Made by a program: the position numbers and the translations under genes. The notes below the pieces were generated by a model. That model was given only the letters and a program-made list of their open reading frames with translations, made no database searches and was not told the DNA's origin. A stretch of 64,000 nucleotides of DNA from Camelus dromedarius (taxonomy: Eukaryota): assembly GCF_036321535.1 (NCBI RefSeq), contig NC_087436.1, forward strand, positions 56,422,001 to 56,486,000, read 5' to 3'. Shown here in pieces: positions 1-12,170 of the stretch (position 1 is the stretch's first letter; the number at the start of each line of letters is the position of its first letter).

Positions 1-1404
1 ATTACGCCTGTTTTACAGTTACAGCATATTGACAGTTCACCTTCCTTCTCTGCATTAGGCAACATAACAACTTTGATTCTTTAGCTCTTGGCATCTCTCT
101 TGGGGTTGTGAGAGTGGCTTTATGGGAGAAGGAGGCTATCGAGCACACCCCTGTAGCATGCACCAAGCAGCCTGATTAGCGCTAATGTACTGAGTGCCTA
201 TGTGGAAAATAGAGAAAAATGCGGAAATAATTAGTTGTGTTCTGCAGTGAATTTCCACTCCAAAATGAGGACTAGATGGCTAAGAACTACAAAGGCAAAT
301 TCAACAGCAACCAAAACTAGGAGTACGCACACGCCCAAGTACACAATAGCCAGTAAATGGTGAAATGATTATTTTCTAACATCGAGGTCATTACTAATAC
401 TATATCATGCACATATGACCAGTGAAAATAAAGTCTCCCTACGATGCATCGAAAAAGCTGAAGAATAAATTGCAGCAGATTAATCTATCACCTTCTCAAA
501 ACCTGTAAATATAGCAATCACTTTTTCAATAGAAAATAATTATTAGAAGTCAAAGTTTACTTAGTTATTGTAAAATAGATCCAACCTCGTACCAGTCTTC
601 TCACAGACTGAGAAAAGCAGATGGTGAAAGCAGTAAAAATTCCAGTGGAAACTATGACTAATTATTACTCAATTTATGAGGCTTGTCTTAAAGATAAGGT
701 TTGAGTTAAATCACAGCAACTCAGCACTTTACAAAGACAAGTTTAATCTTATGACCTGTAGTGTGTAAAGTAGGATGGTAAATTACTTAGGAATAAGTGG
801 GATGTTCTTTAAAAGCATACATTTATCAATAGAAGACAAAATTTTGGTGTCCACATCAATGCTTACTTCTGTAAAAGTTAAGCCTGGTAGAAAAAGCAAC
901 ATGTGGATGGATGCTTTAGTACTTCTCTGCTCATCCCAACACATACTTCTATTTCAAATTTAAAATAATGATGAGCAGGCATGTAACTTTCGAGGCCATT
1001 ATCTGATTTCATGTCCAAGTATTTATTTCTGGTATCAAATAACAATGACTGACATGGAATAACAGCAAAAATGGTATAACGGCTTTCACTTCAAAACACC
1101 TTGATAACTCTGGCAATTTCTCATTCATAAAAGGCTGTGCTTTTCAAAGTGACTGAATATATACTTATGCATTCCTATGTTCTGTGTGACATATTTGGAC
1201 TAAGAGACAGCTGCAGTCCAAGGTAACTGTAAGTGGCAGGACACAGAGGCTTGGGGTCCTGGGAAGAAAGAATAGAGAAAAATGGAAATAAAAAGAGACG
1301 CTAACTATCAGAAATATTCATTAACTATTGCTTTGCATCACCTGAGCCAGGGGAAAACAAAGCCCTTTCCAAATTGAAAGGAGAGATTTCTCAAAGCAGA
1401 GCAA

Positions 1405-1625
1405 ACCTGAGTGCCAGGCACTGTTCCCAGTGTTTCTCATGTAATAACTCAAGTGCTTCTTCCAACAAGCTTATTAGTCTATATAGTGTTACTTCTCCCG
1501 TATTACAATACAGAAGCTGAGGCACTGAGAACTCGCTCAAGGTCATGTAATAAGAGAAAGAGTTGAAACTGAGATTTAAACACACAAAGTCTGACTAAAC
1601 AAGGCCTGGTCTCCTACCCATGAAG
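1405..1625 (-). mobile_element. MIR SINE fragment
   Basis: ttacaatacagaagctgaggcactgaga...aaggtcatg...gagatttaaacac..gtctgact resembles the antisense MIR core. Confidence 0.75.
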
Positions 1626-1814
1626 GTATGTCATATAAAAGCAGGATTTCCTAGTATCTACAGGGGGAAAAAAAAAAAAAAACACTCACCAAGACAACAG
1701 CCAATGCAAAGTTAAAGTCACCGTGCAATAATCACGTCCGCCTACTGGACATACACTACTACCTAGAATCGCTCTGATAAGAATCTCAGCTCATTTGCAG
1801 TGTTTCTGACTTAC

Positions 1815-1987
1815 AGTGGGAGAGAGAAATGCGAGTTTCTACTTGCCTCCATATTCCGCTTTGGTCTTTAAAGTGTTTTTTAATCTCTTTTCTTTTGAAG
1901 TGAATTTTAATGAGCCCTTAATTGTCAAAGGACTTCATAAATATTCATTAAACATTAAGAGGAGTTTGTGTTTTCTCTCCCTGAAAG
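1815..1987 (-). CDS. 173-nt alternative exon; ATG at 1852 gives N-terminus MEASRNSHFSLP ending in phase 2
   Basis: Acceptor ctgttttctctttcag|CTTTC, donor CCCACT|gtaagt; ATG in strong Kozak context (GAATATGG); 12 codons + 2 nt to the donor. Confidence 0.5.
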
Positions 1988-3860
1988 CTGAAAGAGAAAA
2001 CAGCGGAGACTCCAAAGGAGAGCAGCCACGATGAAAGCTTAAGTGGAAATGTAAGTGTTCGGAGCCGTGTTAGGTATTCGTCCAAATGGCTCACATCACC
2101 AGGACACTTGGCGAAATTCTCAGTGTGGAGAGATTTTCATTGTTGCCTTTATACGAAGTTCTCCACAGTATCACCTCTGCCAGAGATATTTTCATTTTTA
2201 TCACTCATGCAATTCTAAACAATCCAAAACACTTCACTCACTCTTTATGCTGCCTTCTGCACCACTGAACAGTAAAATGGTTATGATGTTGGGAGGAAAT
2301 GATTTTGATCTAAATCAACAGGGCAGGCCCAGCTATTATGAAAGTGCCACAAATCTTTTTCATATTAAAAACAAAAAAGGTTTCACACTGGATTTGAGAC
2401 TTCAAAGAAAGCATTCACCAAAGTGTTGCATTTTACATCAATCCTACACAGCTGTCAGGTAATACCAACATACAGACTGACTTCTCCTGATGAAGCCATA
2501 GCCTCGAATATTTCCCAGTTGCCAAAGGGTGGGAGATGCTCACAAGATATCATGGCCACGTCGGTGTTCCCAAGGTCACCCTAGGAAGTGCAAAAGGCCT
2601 GGCAAGTCAAACATTAACTCACTGAGAACAAGTCTCTCCAAACCTACCACATCTGATTCACTAAAACAGTCTGAAAAAGGTAACTGCAAGAGAGGGGAAA
2701 ACATATTTGCTATTTCCAAATGTATAGTTTTCCCTTTCCTCTTAAAACTTTTGTTTCCTCAACCAAGAGAGACAAACAAGTAAGTTCCTATAAAGAGACC
2801 CCCTGCCCTCAAAAGTCTCTGGACTGTAGAAGTAACTACCTTGCCATTATGAAGCAACCAGAGATAAAGGATACATCAGTCAAACTTGAAGAAAATATGA
2901 CATAAATATTGAGAAAATGAATATGCTTATTTAATGGAGTCCCTAGTTCTATAATTTCCAATATGAGCCAAATTCAGAATTCTAATTCATTTAAATGTTT
3001 TTTATTCTTAAATTAAAAAATAATCAGATTTTTGCTTTGTATTTGACTCTAAAATATCTAAATAACCCAAGTACAGTCATTAAATACTTAAAATCATTTC
3101 CCCAGTTGCACTGTATCTTTTCCTTCCTAAAGTCTGGATGGACTGGGTACAGGTGAGGTGGGGAGGGAGATATGTGTAATGACTGTTTGTTAAGCTATGC
3201 TTTGTGGCTAAATAATTATCTTATGTTTATAAGGGGTCTCATTCTTTTGCAAAATAATAAGATCAAAACTTTGTTTACCTATAATGTCCAGTAAGTACAG
3301 AAACATTTTATATGACCTGAATTCAGAGACACATGGCACAAAACAGTGGGCCACAAACATGATGCAAGAATAGATTAACACAACTCAGGGGCAAAAACTG
3401 CTAAAGAAAATTTTTTCTTGTACATCCACTAGACACACTAATTTTTTAACAGACTGAGCTTTCATTGGTTCGTTACTTTATTATTATGCTACCACCTTCC
3501 AGATGAATGTGTACTGTGATATGAACAAAGTTTAAAACGAATAAAAATGAAAAAAGTATGTATATGGTTTTCCTAATGTCTGTTTTAATAATTTAAAGTT
3601 CAGAATAAGAACTCAATTTTAGTTCCATGTAGTTAGTTTCAATAGACAAGAAAAATGTCTTGGTGAAAAGTGTAAACACTAAAAACTTGCATTTTTCCTT
3701 GGTTTTCTGTTACTTAATTTTGATCTTACTAAGCATTACCTGACACCTGCTTTCTACTTCGTTAGATACTCAAAATGTCTTACCCCCTGCTGAGTCTACA
3801 GAGCTATGCCTAAAATGCTCACTAGTTAATTGAACTTGAACAGATTCTGAAATAGGTTAC

Positions 3861-4344
3861 TGTGATGATTGACTTTATGTGCTAACTTGACTGGGTCATG
3901 GGTACCCAGATATTTGGTCAAGTGTTATTCTGGTATTTCTGTGATGGCGCCTGGGATGAGTTTAACATTTACAACTGATAGACGGTGTAAAGCAGTTCAC
4001 CCTCCCTAATGCAAATGGACCTCATCTAATCGGCTGGCGGCCTGAACAACACAGAAAGGCTGACTCTCCTCCAAGTAAGAGGGCGTCTCTCCTGCCTGAT
4101 GCCTTTAAGCTAGGACATCACATTTTTTCTTGCCTTCAGACTCAAATTGAAATATCAGCACTTCCTGGGTCTCAAGCTGTCGACTTTTGGGCTAAGAACT
4201 ACACCATTGGCTCTCCTGGGTCTCCAACTTGCTGCACGCAGTTATTAGGACTTGTCAGCTTCCAAAATCACTTGAGCTAATTCCTTATGGAAAAAAATAT
4301 ACGTATTTCCTATCGATTCTGTTTCTATGGAGAACCCTAATTCA
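3861..4344 (+). mobile_element. MLT2-family (ERVL) solo LTR
   Basis: tgtgatgattgactttatgtgctaacttgactgg start, gattctgtttctatggagaaccctaattca end; TG..CA termini; near-perfect 5-bp TSD gttac/gttat. Confidence 0.9.
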
Positions 4345-5499
4345 GTTATTCTTAGTTTTCAGAGTTTCCCAAAATATCCAAGCTTCTTTTTTAAGTAAAC
4401 ATAAAAGGTCCTTTTAATTAAATCTGGACTATCTAGGGCACTGGAATTGTGGTTCTTGGAATTTCTTCCATCTAATAAAAGGTATATAATTTCACTGTCA
4501 GCGATATAATTTAGATCTCATGTATGCATTCAAAATCCATGTAGCCCCTAATGCTTCTGTGCTCTCGTGAGCATCCAATCCAAGTTAAGGCTGTGAGATC
4601 ACTGACATCGTCATGTAATGCAAAGTGTTAACATGAGACCAAATAGCAAGGATTAAATTCAAATAACCAGTCAAAGATATCACCCAAAGCTAAGGTGCAC
4701 TCACCAACTACAAGACGTCACAGATCAGAGAGAGTGATTTTGGTTTTGATTCAGTATCTTTTCCACGCCTATCCTCTACTGGCCCAGAGATTTGTATACA
4801 GTAATCTCTTCCAAGCGTGTCTTCCCTTGAGAAATCAAATTGTTAAATAAATGTCTAGGTTGAAGACCAGTTCAAAATGCTCGACTCTTCTCAACTAAAT
4901 AAGGTAATAAAAATCACCAGAGGAATGAAAGCCATTGGCACAAATCTAAGCTTCAAAACACATGAAAAATATATTGGTGAAGAACACAACCACTTAAAAG
5001 TTATATTATTAAACAGAGACATATATACCAGAAATCTTACTTGAAACATTTAGACATTTTTTCATTAAGTGCATTCTGGATGTTTTACTAAAGAACATAC
5101 TCATTTCCGGTGACTAAAGGAAAAAAAATGTACTTCAATATGTTTTCAATAAAAGAAGATGGCTGTGAAAGTAAAATGTAGAGTTTGAGGCTACCCAGGG
5201 CAAGCTGAAGGTAAATTCTTTGTACTCTGGAGGTACTTAGATGCTTCATCCTCAGATAAATGCCCTTTTCATTCTTTCAAAAATCCCAACAAAAATGAAT
5301 CAGAGACATTTTTTCTTTTCTCTTTTTCAAGGGTTTCTCTTTAAAACTTTCTTAAAAAGAGTCAAGGAAAGAAATAACGGCAACAGTTAAGGATCCTATG
5401 CTCCTGAAGGAACATGGAGTAATACATGGTTTTTCTTGTTGATTTGTGTAAGGTCACTAGCCTGCCTCCAGGTACAATTCCCTTCCCAGCCACTAGTTA

Positions 5500-5965
5500 A
5501 CACCCAAGTACCCTTTTCTGAGCTCTAGTGTTTTATAGTCACCTGACTGCAGGGTCTCTATCATTTCATGCTAACAGTCTTGCTGATACACCAAACTCAG
5601 CATATTTAAATCTGAAGTTCCCCTTCCTTCTTCCTGAAGCCTCTACACCCTCTCCTTGTCCTTTCTAAACCTGCCCCTTCTTCAGTATCTCTCCGATGAA
5701 CATAACCACCACCCACGCTGCTGCCAAAGAGAAACTTGACAATATGCCTAGATGTCTCCCTCTCTCACTCAATCCATCCACAACACAATCATTTCAGTTA
5801 TCTGCCTCTTCTAAATCTTTCTGTAATCCTTCCTCGACTCCCTGATGCTGTTAAAAGATGCTAAATGTGGCCCTCATCATTTCTTACCAACAGACTCCTC
5901 ATCTCTGCTCTCTGGCTCTGCCTTCCTCTAATCATCTTTTACCACAGCCATTATTACATTTTCTC
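5500..5965 (+). mobile_element. L2 LINE fragment
   Basis: Pyrimidine-rich L2-like tract (ccaaactcagcatatttaaatctgaa...accacccacgctgctgccaaagagaaactt). Confidence 0.6.
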
Positions 5966-5969
5966 AAAC

Positions 5970-6600
5970 ACACATTCATTCACTTGCTTAACTCAATAAT
6001 TACTTGGGGGCACCTATCAGGTATCCGGCTCTGTTCTAGGCCCGAGGATATAGCAGTGGAAAGATACAGACACAATTCCCTGCCCTGACAAAGGCTATAT
6101 TCACTGATGAAAAAGAGATGAAAAGCAAAATAAACATGAAAGCATATTAATTATGCTAAGTGCAGGAGAGAAGTAAAGCAGGGAAGGGAGACAGAAGTGT
6201 TGGTTATTTTAAAGAGAATGGTCAGAATTTCCTCACTGGGGCATCATTTCTGAGAAGGGAAAGTGAAGAGAGTTCCAAACAGAAGAAAGAGCAGCAGGAG
6301 GCCTGAGGTGGAAGTGCACCTGGGGTCCCTAAGGAGCAACAGGTACCAGTTTGTCCAGCAAGAGGAACAGCAGCAGGAGGTGAGGTCAGAGAGGAAAGAG
6401 GGACAGGTCCTAGGGGGCCTTGTTGGAACTTCTACTCAGGTTGCTGTGCTAAGGATAGACTAGAAGGTCAAAAATACAAGCAGAGAGCCAGTGAGCAGAT
6501 GACTGTGGTGATGAAGGCAAGCACTGACTGTGGTGTGAACAGGGGTGGTAGCGGGGAAGGTGATGAGAAGTGGACAGACTCAAGGTGGGTTTTGAAGGCA
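5970..6600 (-). mobile_element. L2 LINE 3' end
   Basis: cattcattcac...aataattacttgggggcacctat...ctgttctaggc..ggatatagcagtg is the antisense L2 3' terminus, followed by purine-rich L2 body. Confidence 0.8.
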
Positions 6601-6601
6601 C

Positions 6602-7090
6602 TGTTATAACCTTAACTTCCCAGGAAAGTAGAGCCTAAGACAACTGCTTGCAAACAGGTAGTTTACAGGGAATGTCACCCCAGGAATCAGGAGTGCATGA
6701 CCAGGGATGGCAAACAGGGGAGAAAAGAAATGGCAAATTGAGGATGATTCATCTAGCTCCCCCCACTAGAGGTATGACACTAGTCTCAGTATTTATCCGT
6801 CCTAGGGAGAAAAGAAGTAATTATCGCTCAGCTCCTATCCCCCATTGGTCATGTCTGGCCCAGGGCAGTTATCAGCCTCTTCTTTGCAAGTTGTGTGTGA
6901 GCACAGCATGGTTCCTGCCCAAGCTCCACGTGCTGCATCAAAGAGGCTGCAGGGCAGGAGGCCAAGGGGTAAGACAGTATCCAAGTCCACCTTCATAAAG
7001 CAAGGTAATGCCTTCATGGAACTGTTGGCTGTACCCATGACAGCAGTAAGTGGGAACCCCAAGGGGATTGTGAAGCGGTGCACATGGGTG
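6602..7090 (-). mobile_element. ERVL-type LTR (LTR33/LTR16-like)
   Basis: ttcccaggaaagtagagcctaagacaa...gtagtttacagggaatgtcaccccaggaatcaggagtg resembles antisense LTR33/LTR16 ends; subfamily uncertain. Confidence 0.55.
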
Positions 7091-7329
7091 CCCCATATAG
7101 ACAGGGTTGAAATAATTCTCTAATGGGTGGTGTGTACCATATGAGAGATAATGAAGAGATAACGATAATGGGAAGGGTTTTAGTCCTAATCAGCTACAAG
7201 AATGGAACCGCCATTAACCAAAAGGGAAGACAGTGGGAAATACGATTATGTGGCTTCCTCCTAACAGCTAGTCATGGACCTATGCAACCCACTGGAGTAT
7301 GTGCTTCCCAGCCTGGGCCCACACACAGC

Positions 7330-7710
7330 TACATCTTCTGTCTCCTGCTTACAACCTCACATTAGCCCCTCACTACCCCTCACCTCCAACTCTGCAGTTA
7401 CACTAACCTCCACAGTCCACTGGCCATACCACGCTTCCTCAGGTCTCTCTGGGGTTCTGCTCAGGCTGGTTCCCCTATCTGGAACTTACTTCCCTTTTTT
7501 GTTCCAATTACTCCTCCTCAGCTTTTAACTGTCAACCCAGCTGATATGTCTTAAGTCAGATACACAAGTACCTTCTCTCAAAGTATTCTTTGTATTTGCC
7601 TGCCTCCCCTACAGGATGTGACCAGCAAGTATTCCCTCGGACTCACAGGGCATGTTACAACACTGGACGTTGCTAGGTGTGTAATTAAAGTATGTAAATT
7701 AAGAAATAAC
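7330..7710 (+). mobile_element. L2 LINE 3' fragment
   Basis: ctgctcaggctggttcccctatctggaac...tgcctgcctcccctacaggatgtga; typical L2 3' motifs. Confidence 0.6.
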
Positions 7711-8341
7711 TGAATGGTTTCTATGTTTATTTTAATATCTGTGCTCCAACTTTTCATATAAACTATTTCAATATTTTCATATGTCACCTCATCCTCTGAG
7801 ACACTGAAGCTTATGTCCAAACTCACATAAGTACTGAATAGCAGGGCAACAATTAAAATTCAGTTATTTTGATTTCCATCAGAAAAGGCTGCTGCCTTTT
7901 CCCAAACAGTTAACTCTTGGATAAGATCTGAGTAAAATATGCTCTAGGATATTTTACAGGCTTAGGTCATTAAGGAGTAAAAATGCTTAATGTTAATACC
8001 AACATTTCATTTAACATAAAAATAAAACCATTGGGAAGTAAAGTGAAATTATGGTAGTGAATCTTAAGACTCTTAAGGAGATGCGTGATATAATCAGATT
8101 TTGTGCAGTCAGCCCCATGTCAGACTCAAAGGTAAAAGATCTTTTCAACATGTTGTCTGTTATTTATAGGACTCAATGATATATTTGGTTAATGCTGTTC
8201 ATGCAGAACAAAGACCAGCGAATTTTGAATAGTGCTTTCTTGGCTTCATTCTATTTTAATTCTGATGGAGAATGTGAGCACATTCCTTTTAGATTCAATA
8301 TAGGTTTCTGTTGGGTAAACTTTTTGGCCAACTAGATTTTC

Positions 8342-8402
8342 TGAACCTAGTCCTTTTCACTTGGAACAAATGTGAACCTAGTCCTTTTCACTTGGAACAA
8401 AT
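8342..8402. repeat. Perfect tandem duplication, 31-bp period (2 copies)
   Basis: tgaacctagtccttttcacttggaacaaat at 8342-8371 and 8373-8402, identical. Confidence 0.95.
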
Positions 8403-8971
8403 CTTATTCCAGAAGATGCCAACACATCATGTGTTGCTGATGCATAACAAGATTAAGAGGAAAAATGAAAACATTTAAAATGCAAAACATATTTGGGAAA
8501 AAATTACACAGTAAAGTGACCTGGGAAATGCCTTCAGCCAGTTTCTAAACTTATCTGGAGAACATCTCCAGGATTTAAGAGTACACCTAGGTCCTGTTAG
8601 AACTGCAAAATACTTTAAGTTTAGGGAACGAAATGGCAAACAAAAGGAAGCATCATTTTATAATTTATAGTGAACAAAAATCACTTAAGTTTGAAACTTC
8701 CAAAGTTCTGTTAAGTCCTTAGACAACTCATATTTAATTATAAGAGATTACAAACTAACATATTCTTCTATGGATTAAATCACATTGCTAGATATGGTGG
8801 TATTTTTATATTTTCCTAAACTAAAATTCCTTTACTAGAAAAATAAGATAGAAGACTCCACTATCTACCTAAAACACTAATCATTCCATAACTCTGCTCA
8901 CAAATCTTCCATGAATTTCCATTGTCTGTGAGGTCTAGTTCAAGCTTATTCACCAAGCAATATAATTTGGT

Positions 8972-9150
8972 CTAGAGTCCTCAAACTTCAGCTGCACATC
9001 AGTGTCACCTGGAGGGCTTGTGACAACAGTTTTCTGGACTCATTCCCTGGAGTTTTTGATTCAGTGGATCTGAGTTGGGACACAAGAATTTATATTTCCA
9101 ATAGGTTCCCATGTCATGCTACTGCAGGGACCACAATTTGAAAACCACTG
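8972..9150. mobile_element. MER5A (hAT-Charlie) MITE
   Basis: ctcaaacttcagctgcacatcagtgtcacctggagggcttg...gattcagtggatctgagttggg...gggaccacaatttgaaaaccactg. Confidence 0.85.
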
Positions 9151-10375
9151 TCTGTCTAGTTACAATCTAGCTTTTGTGCACCACCCAGCTCCCCACACAA
9201 CCTTCTGGCTCTGCACATTTTCTCATCCTTTGATTTTTGTCTAAACTATTCCAATCACTCTTATGTTTATAGGCTCTAGAGTTAAATGAAAGAACTCTTA
9301 CTTAACCTGTATTCTACAGGGCAACTTCATTTCAAGTGTACTTGAATGCTGTCACAACCACAATCCAACTTATCCTGAATCAACTCTAGCATCACTTGTT
9401 ATTAATACTCTGATGTATAAACCTCAAGGCTCTGAGGTCATTTTCCCATCCTAATGACGGCTATGGCCCTGAGTAGGAGAAGCATGAAACAATATTCTGG
9501 GGAAAAATGTTTTTGTTATGACTATGAGTGTCTCCTATCTGCGAAGGTCTTGTCAGTGCGGGCCATTTCCCAACTACTCTACGGGAAAGGCATTTCTGCC
9601 ACAGTAACAAGGAGAAAAGCAACGGGAGCCTCTGATTCAGGAATGAGCCTTCCTAGCCTACAGGCATGCTCTCTGTCCCTAACACAATCTCTTCATCTGC
9701 ACAAGGGGAGTTCATGATAAAGATTCACAGGCAAATTAACAGATTCCCACAAGGCCCGGGTGCAAAATTATAAACAGCAGCTGTCCCAAGCAGGTATCTT
9801 TTCCCACTAGTTGAACAAGCAGGGTTGCAGGTGGGCTACTCTAAGTGTTTAGCAAAGGAAAAATGATCTGATTTTAACCAGAACTAATGGCAACCCTTAA
9901 TCACAAGGAATTTTTCTCATAAACCAACCGATACAATGACAAAACTGTCCCACTAAATTTCTGATTTCAGAAATAAAACGTTATAATTGATACCAGAAAG
10001 AGAAAACAACAGTCAATACTGGAGCCCTAATTCAGTATTTCATTTGTAGAGAATATTTTCTAGAATCAAAGTCTTCAATTATTAGAGGAAAGTAAAACCC
10101 ACAGTGCTTCTAGCTGAAAGGGGGCTGGTGGGTGGGTATATACTTAATTCTGTTTCTAGTTGTCTCTTTTCTCATATAAAATTCTACAAATAAATCCCCC
10201 CCTGCAAAAAGTTAGAGAATACTGGGTTCCCACAACTTGTTTTTATAAAAATCTTAAGGTATTTTTTAATCATTAAGGAATAAAATATAATAAAGCCAAA
10301 TGAGTGCCTGTCTCTTCTCCCATGCTCCCCGAAATCCTAAATTTGCTACTTACCATTACTATGAATATTTTAGAA

Positions 10376-11430
10376 GCTTTATAGAAATATAATTCACATG
10401 TCATAAATTCACCCATTTAACGCGTTCATTTCAATCCTTTTTGGTATATGTACAGAATTTTGCAACAATATCACAATGTAAATTGAGACTATTTTCACAA
10501 CTCCAAAATAAGTCCCATTCCCATTAGCCATCCCTCCCCATTCTTGTTCCCGGCCCCCTAGCCCAAGCAACTTGGGGTTACTGATCAGGTTTCTGTCTGT
10601 ATAGTTTTACCTATTCTAGATTTTTCATGTAAGTAGAATAAGACAATATGTGGTCTTTGCACCTGGCTTCTTTCACTTAGCATAATGTTTGCAAAGTTGA
10701 TTCATGTTATAGCACGTATCAGTACTTCATTACTTCCGACTGTCAAAGAGTATTCTATTATACAGCGTATCCTTTCATCAGCTGATGGACATTTGGGTTG
10801 TTTCCACTTATTGGCTATTACAAATGATGCTGCTGTGAACATCTGTGTACAAGTTTTGGGGGGACATTTGGTTTTTATTCCTTTGGGTGGTTCCTAGAAG
10901 TGAAATTTCTGAGGCATAGGGTAAACTGAATGTTTAACGTTTTGAGGAACTACCAGCCTGTTTTCCAAAGGGACTGCACCATTTTCTAGGAGAGTTCTAA
11001 TTTCTCCACATTCTTACCAACACTGGTTATTAAATTTGTGATTACAGCCATTCTAGTGGGTGAAGTAGTACCCCGCTGTGGTTTTGATTTGAATTTCACG
11101 GATAGCTAATGACGCTGAGCATCGTTTTGTGTGATCGCTAGTCATCCATATATATTCTTTGGAGAAATATCTGTCCAAATCTTTACACATCTTTAAATGG
11201 GGTTATTTATCTTTTTTATCATTGGTTTCTAAGAGTTTCTAATATAACCTGAATTCAAGTCCATTACTGAATATATCATTTGCAAATATATTCTCCCATC
11301 CTGTGGACTCTTTTTTCACTTTCTTGATGATGTGTTTTGAAGTGCGAGTTTTTAATTGATGAAATCCATTTTATTATTTTTTTGTTGCTTGTGCTTTTGG
11401 TGTCGTATCTAAGAAACTACTGCTTAACCA
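10376..11430 (-). mobile_element. L1M (L1MB-like) 3' end
   Basis: agctttatagaaatataattcaca..cataaattcacccattta start; ctggcttctttcacttagcataatgttt, gatggacatttgggttgtttccac, ttttccaaagggactgcaccatttt. Confidence 0.9.
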
Positions 11431-11499
11431 TATGAATATTTCTACTATTAATTACAATCTAGATCTAAACATGATATATTCTTCTTCAATATGGCTGAA

Positions 11500-11930
11500 A
11501 CAATTTAGCTTACAACTAACAGTGGTTAAGGGTTCCCATTTCTCCACATCCTTGCCAAACCTTGATAATCTCAGACTTAATTATTTTGCCAATCGGTTGA
11601 CTATAACTTGGTAGCTCATATTATTTTAACTTGCATTCCTCTATTTAGCTTTTCTATGTTACCATCTTTCCTGTTAATGGCCTGTTCATGTATTCTGACA
11701 CATTTATTTTTTGTATTTTTCTCATTTTTGAAGACATTCTTTGCATACACCTGATAATAAACATTTCTCAGTTACACATCTTGCAATATGTTTTCCAAGT
11801 GTGTAGGCTGTTCTTTTGCTCATTATTTGCTTTATTGAGCTGTTATTAACTACTTTTAAGAAATTCTAAAGCATTTTCCTCATGTTCTCTGGTTTTTGCA
11901 TCTTTCACCTTAAACTACACAGATAATCTA
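11500..11930 (-). mobile_element. Older L1M fragment
   Basis: gttcccatttctccacatccttgccaa...ttttaacttgcatt..., degraded antisense L1 ORF2 3' region. Confidence 0.6.
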
Positions 11931-11944
11931 CTCTAAGAGGTGTT

Positions 11945-12170
11945 GTATCACAGAGCTAATGGAATGGGCACAAGCACCATGCTGCCTTGATTTGAATCTA
12001 GACTCTACAAGCATCACTCTGTAATCTGGAACAAATTATTTGACTTCTCTGAACCTGCTTCCTCATTTACAGAACAGGGGGAATAAAAACACCTATCTCA
12101 CGCCGTGTGGAATTTAAATGAATTTATGAAGTGTTTAGAACAATATGTGGGACATCAGCTACTATTATTT
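11945..12170 (+). mobile_element. MIR SINE
   Basis: tttgaatctagactctac...aacaaattatttgacttctctgaacctgcttcctcatttac...acctatctca. Confidence 0.8.

Noticed and set aside
2055..2462. Longest supplied ORF (135 aa) and other 60-120 aa ORFs
   Set aside because: No recognisable domains, many use non-ATG starts, lengths are as expected by chance; many overlap decayed repeats
8342..8402. CRISPR-like direct repeat
   Set aside because: Only two adjacent copies with no spacer, in mammalian DNA
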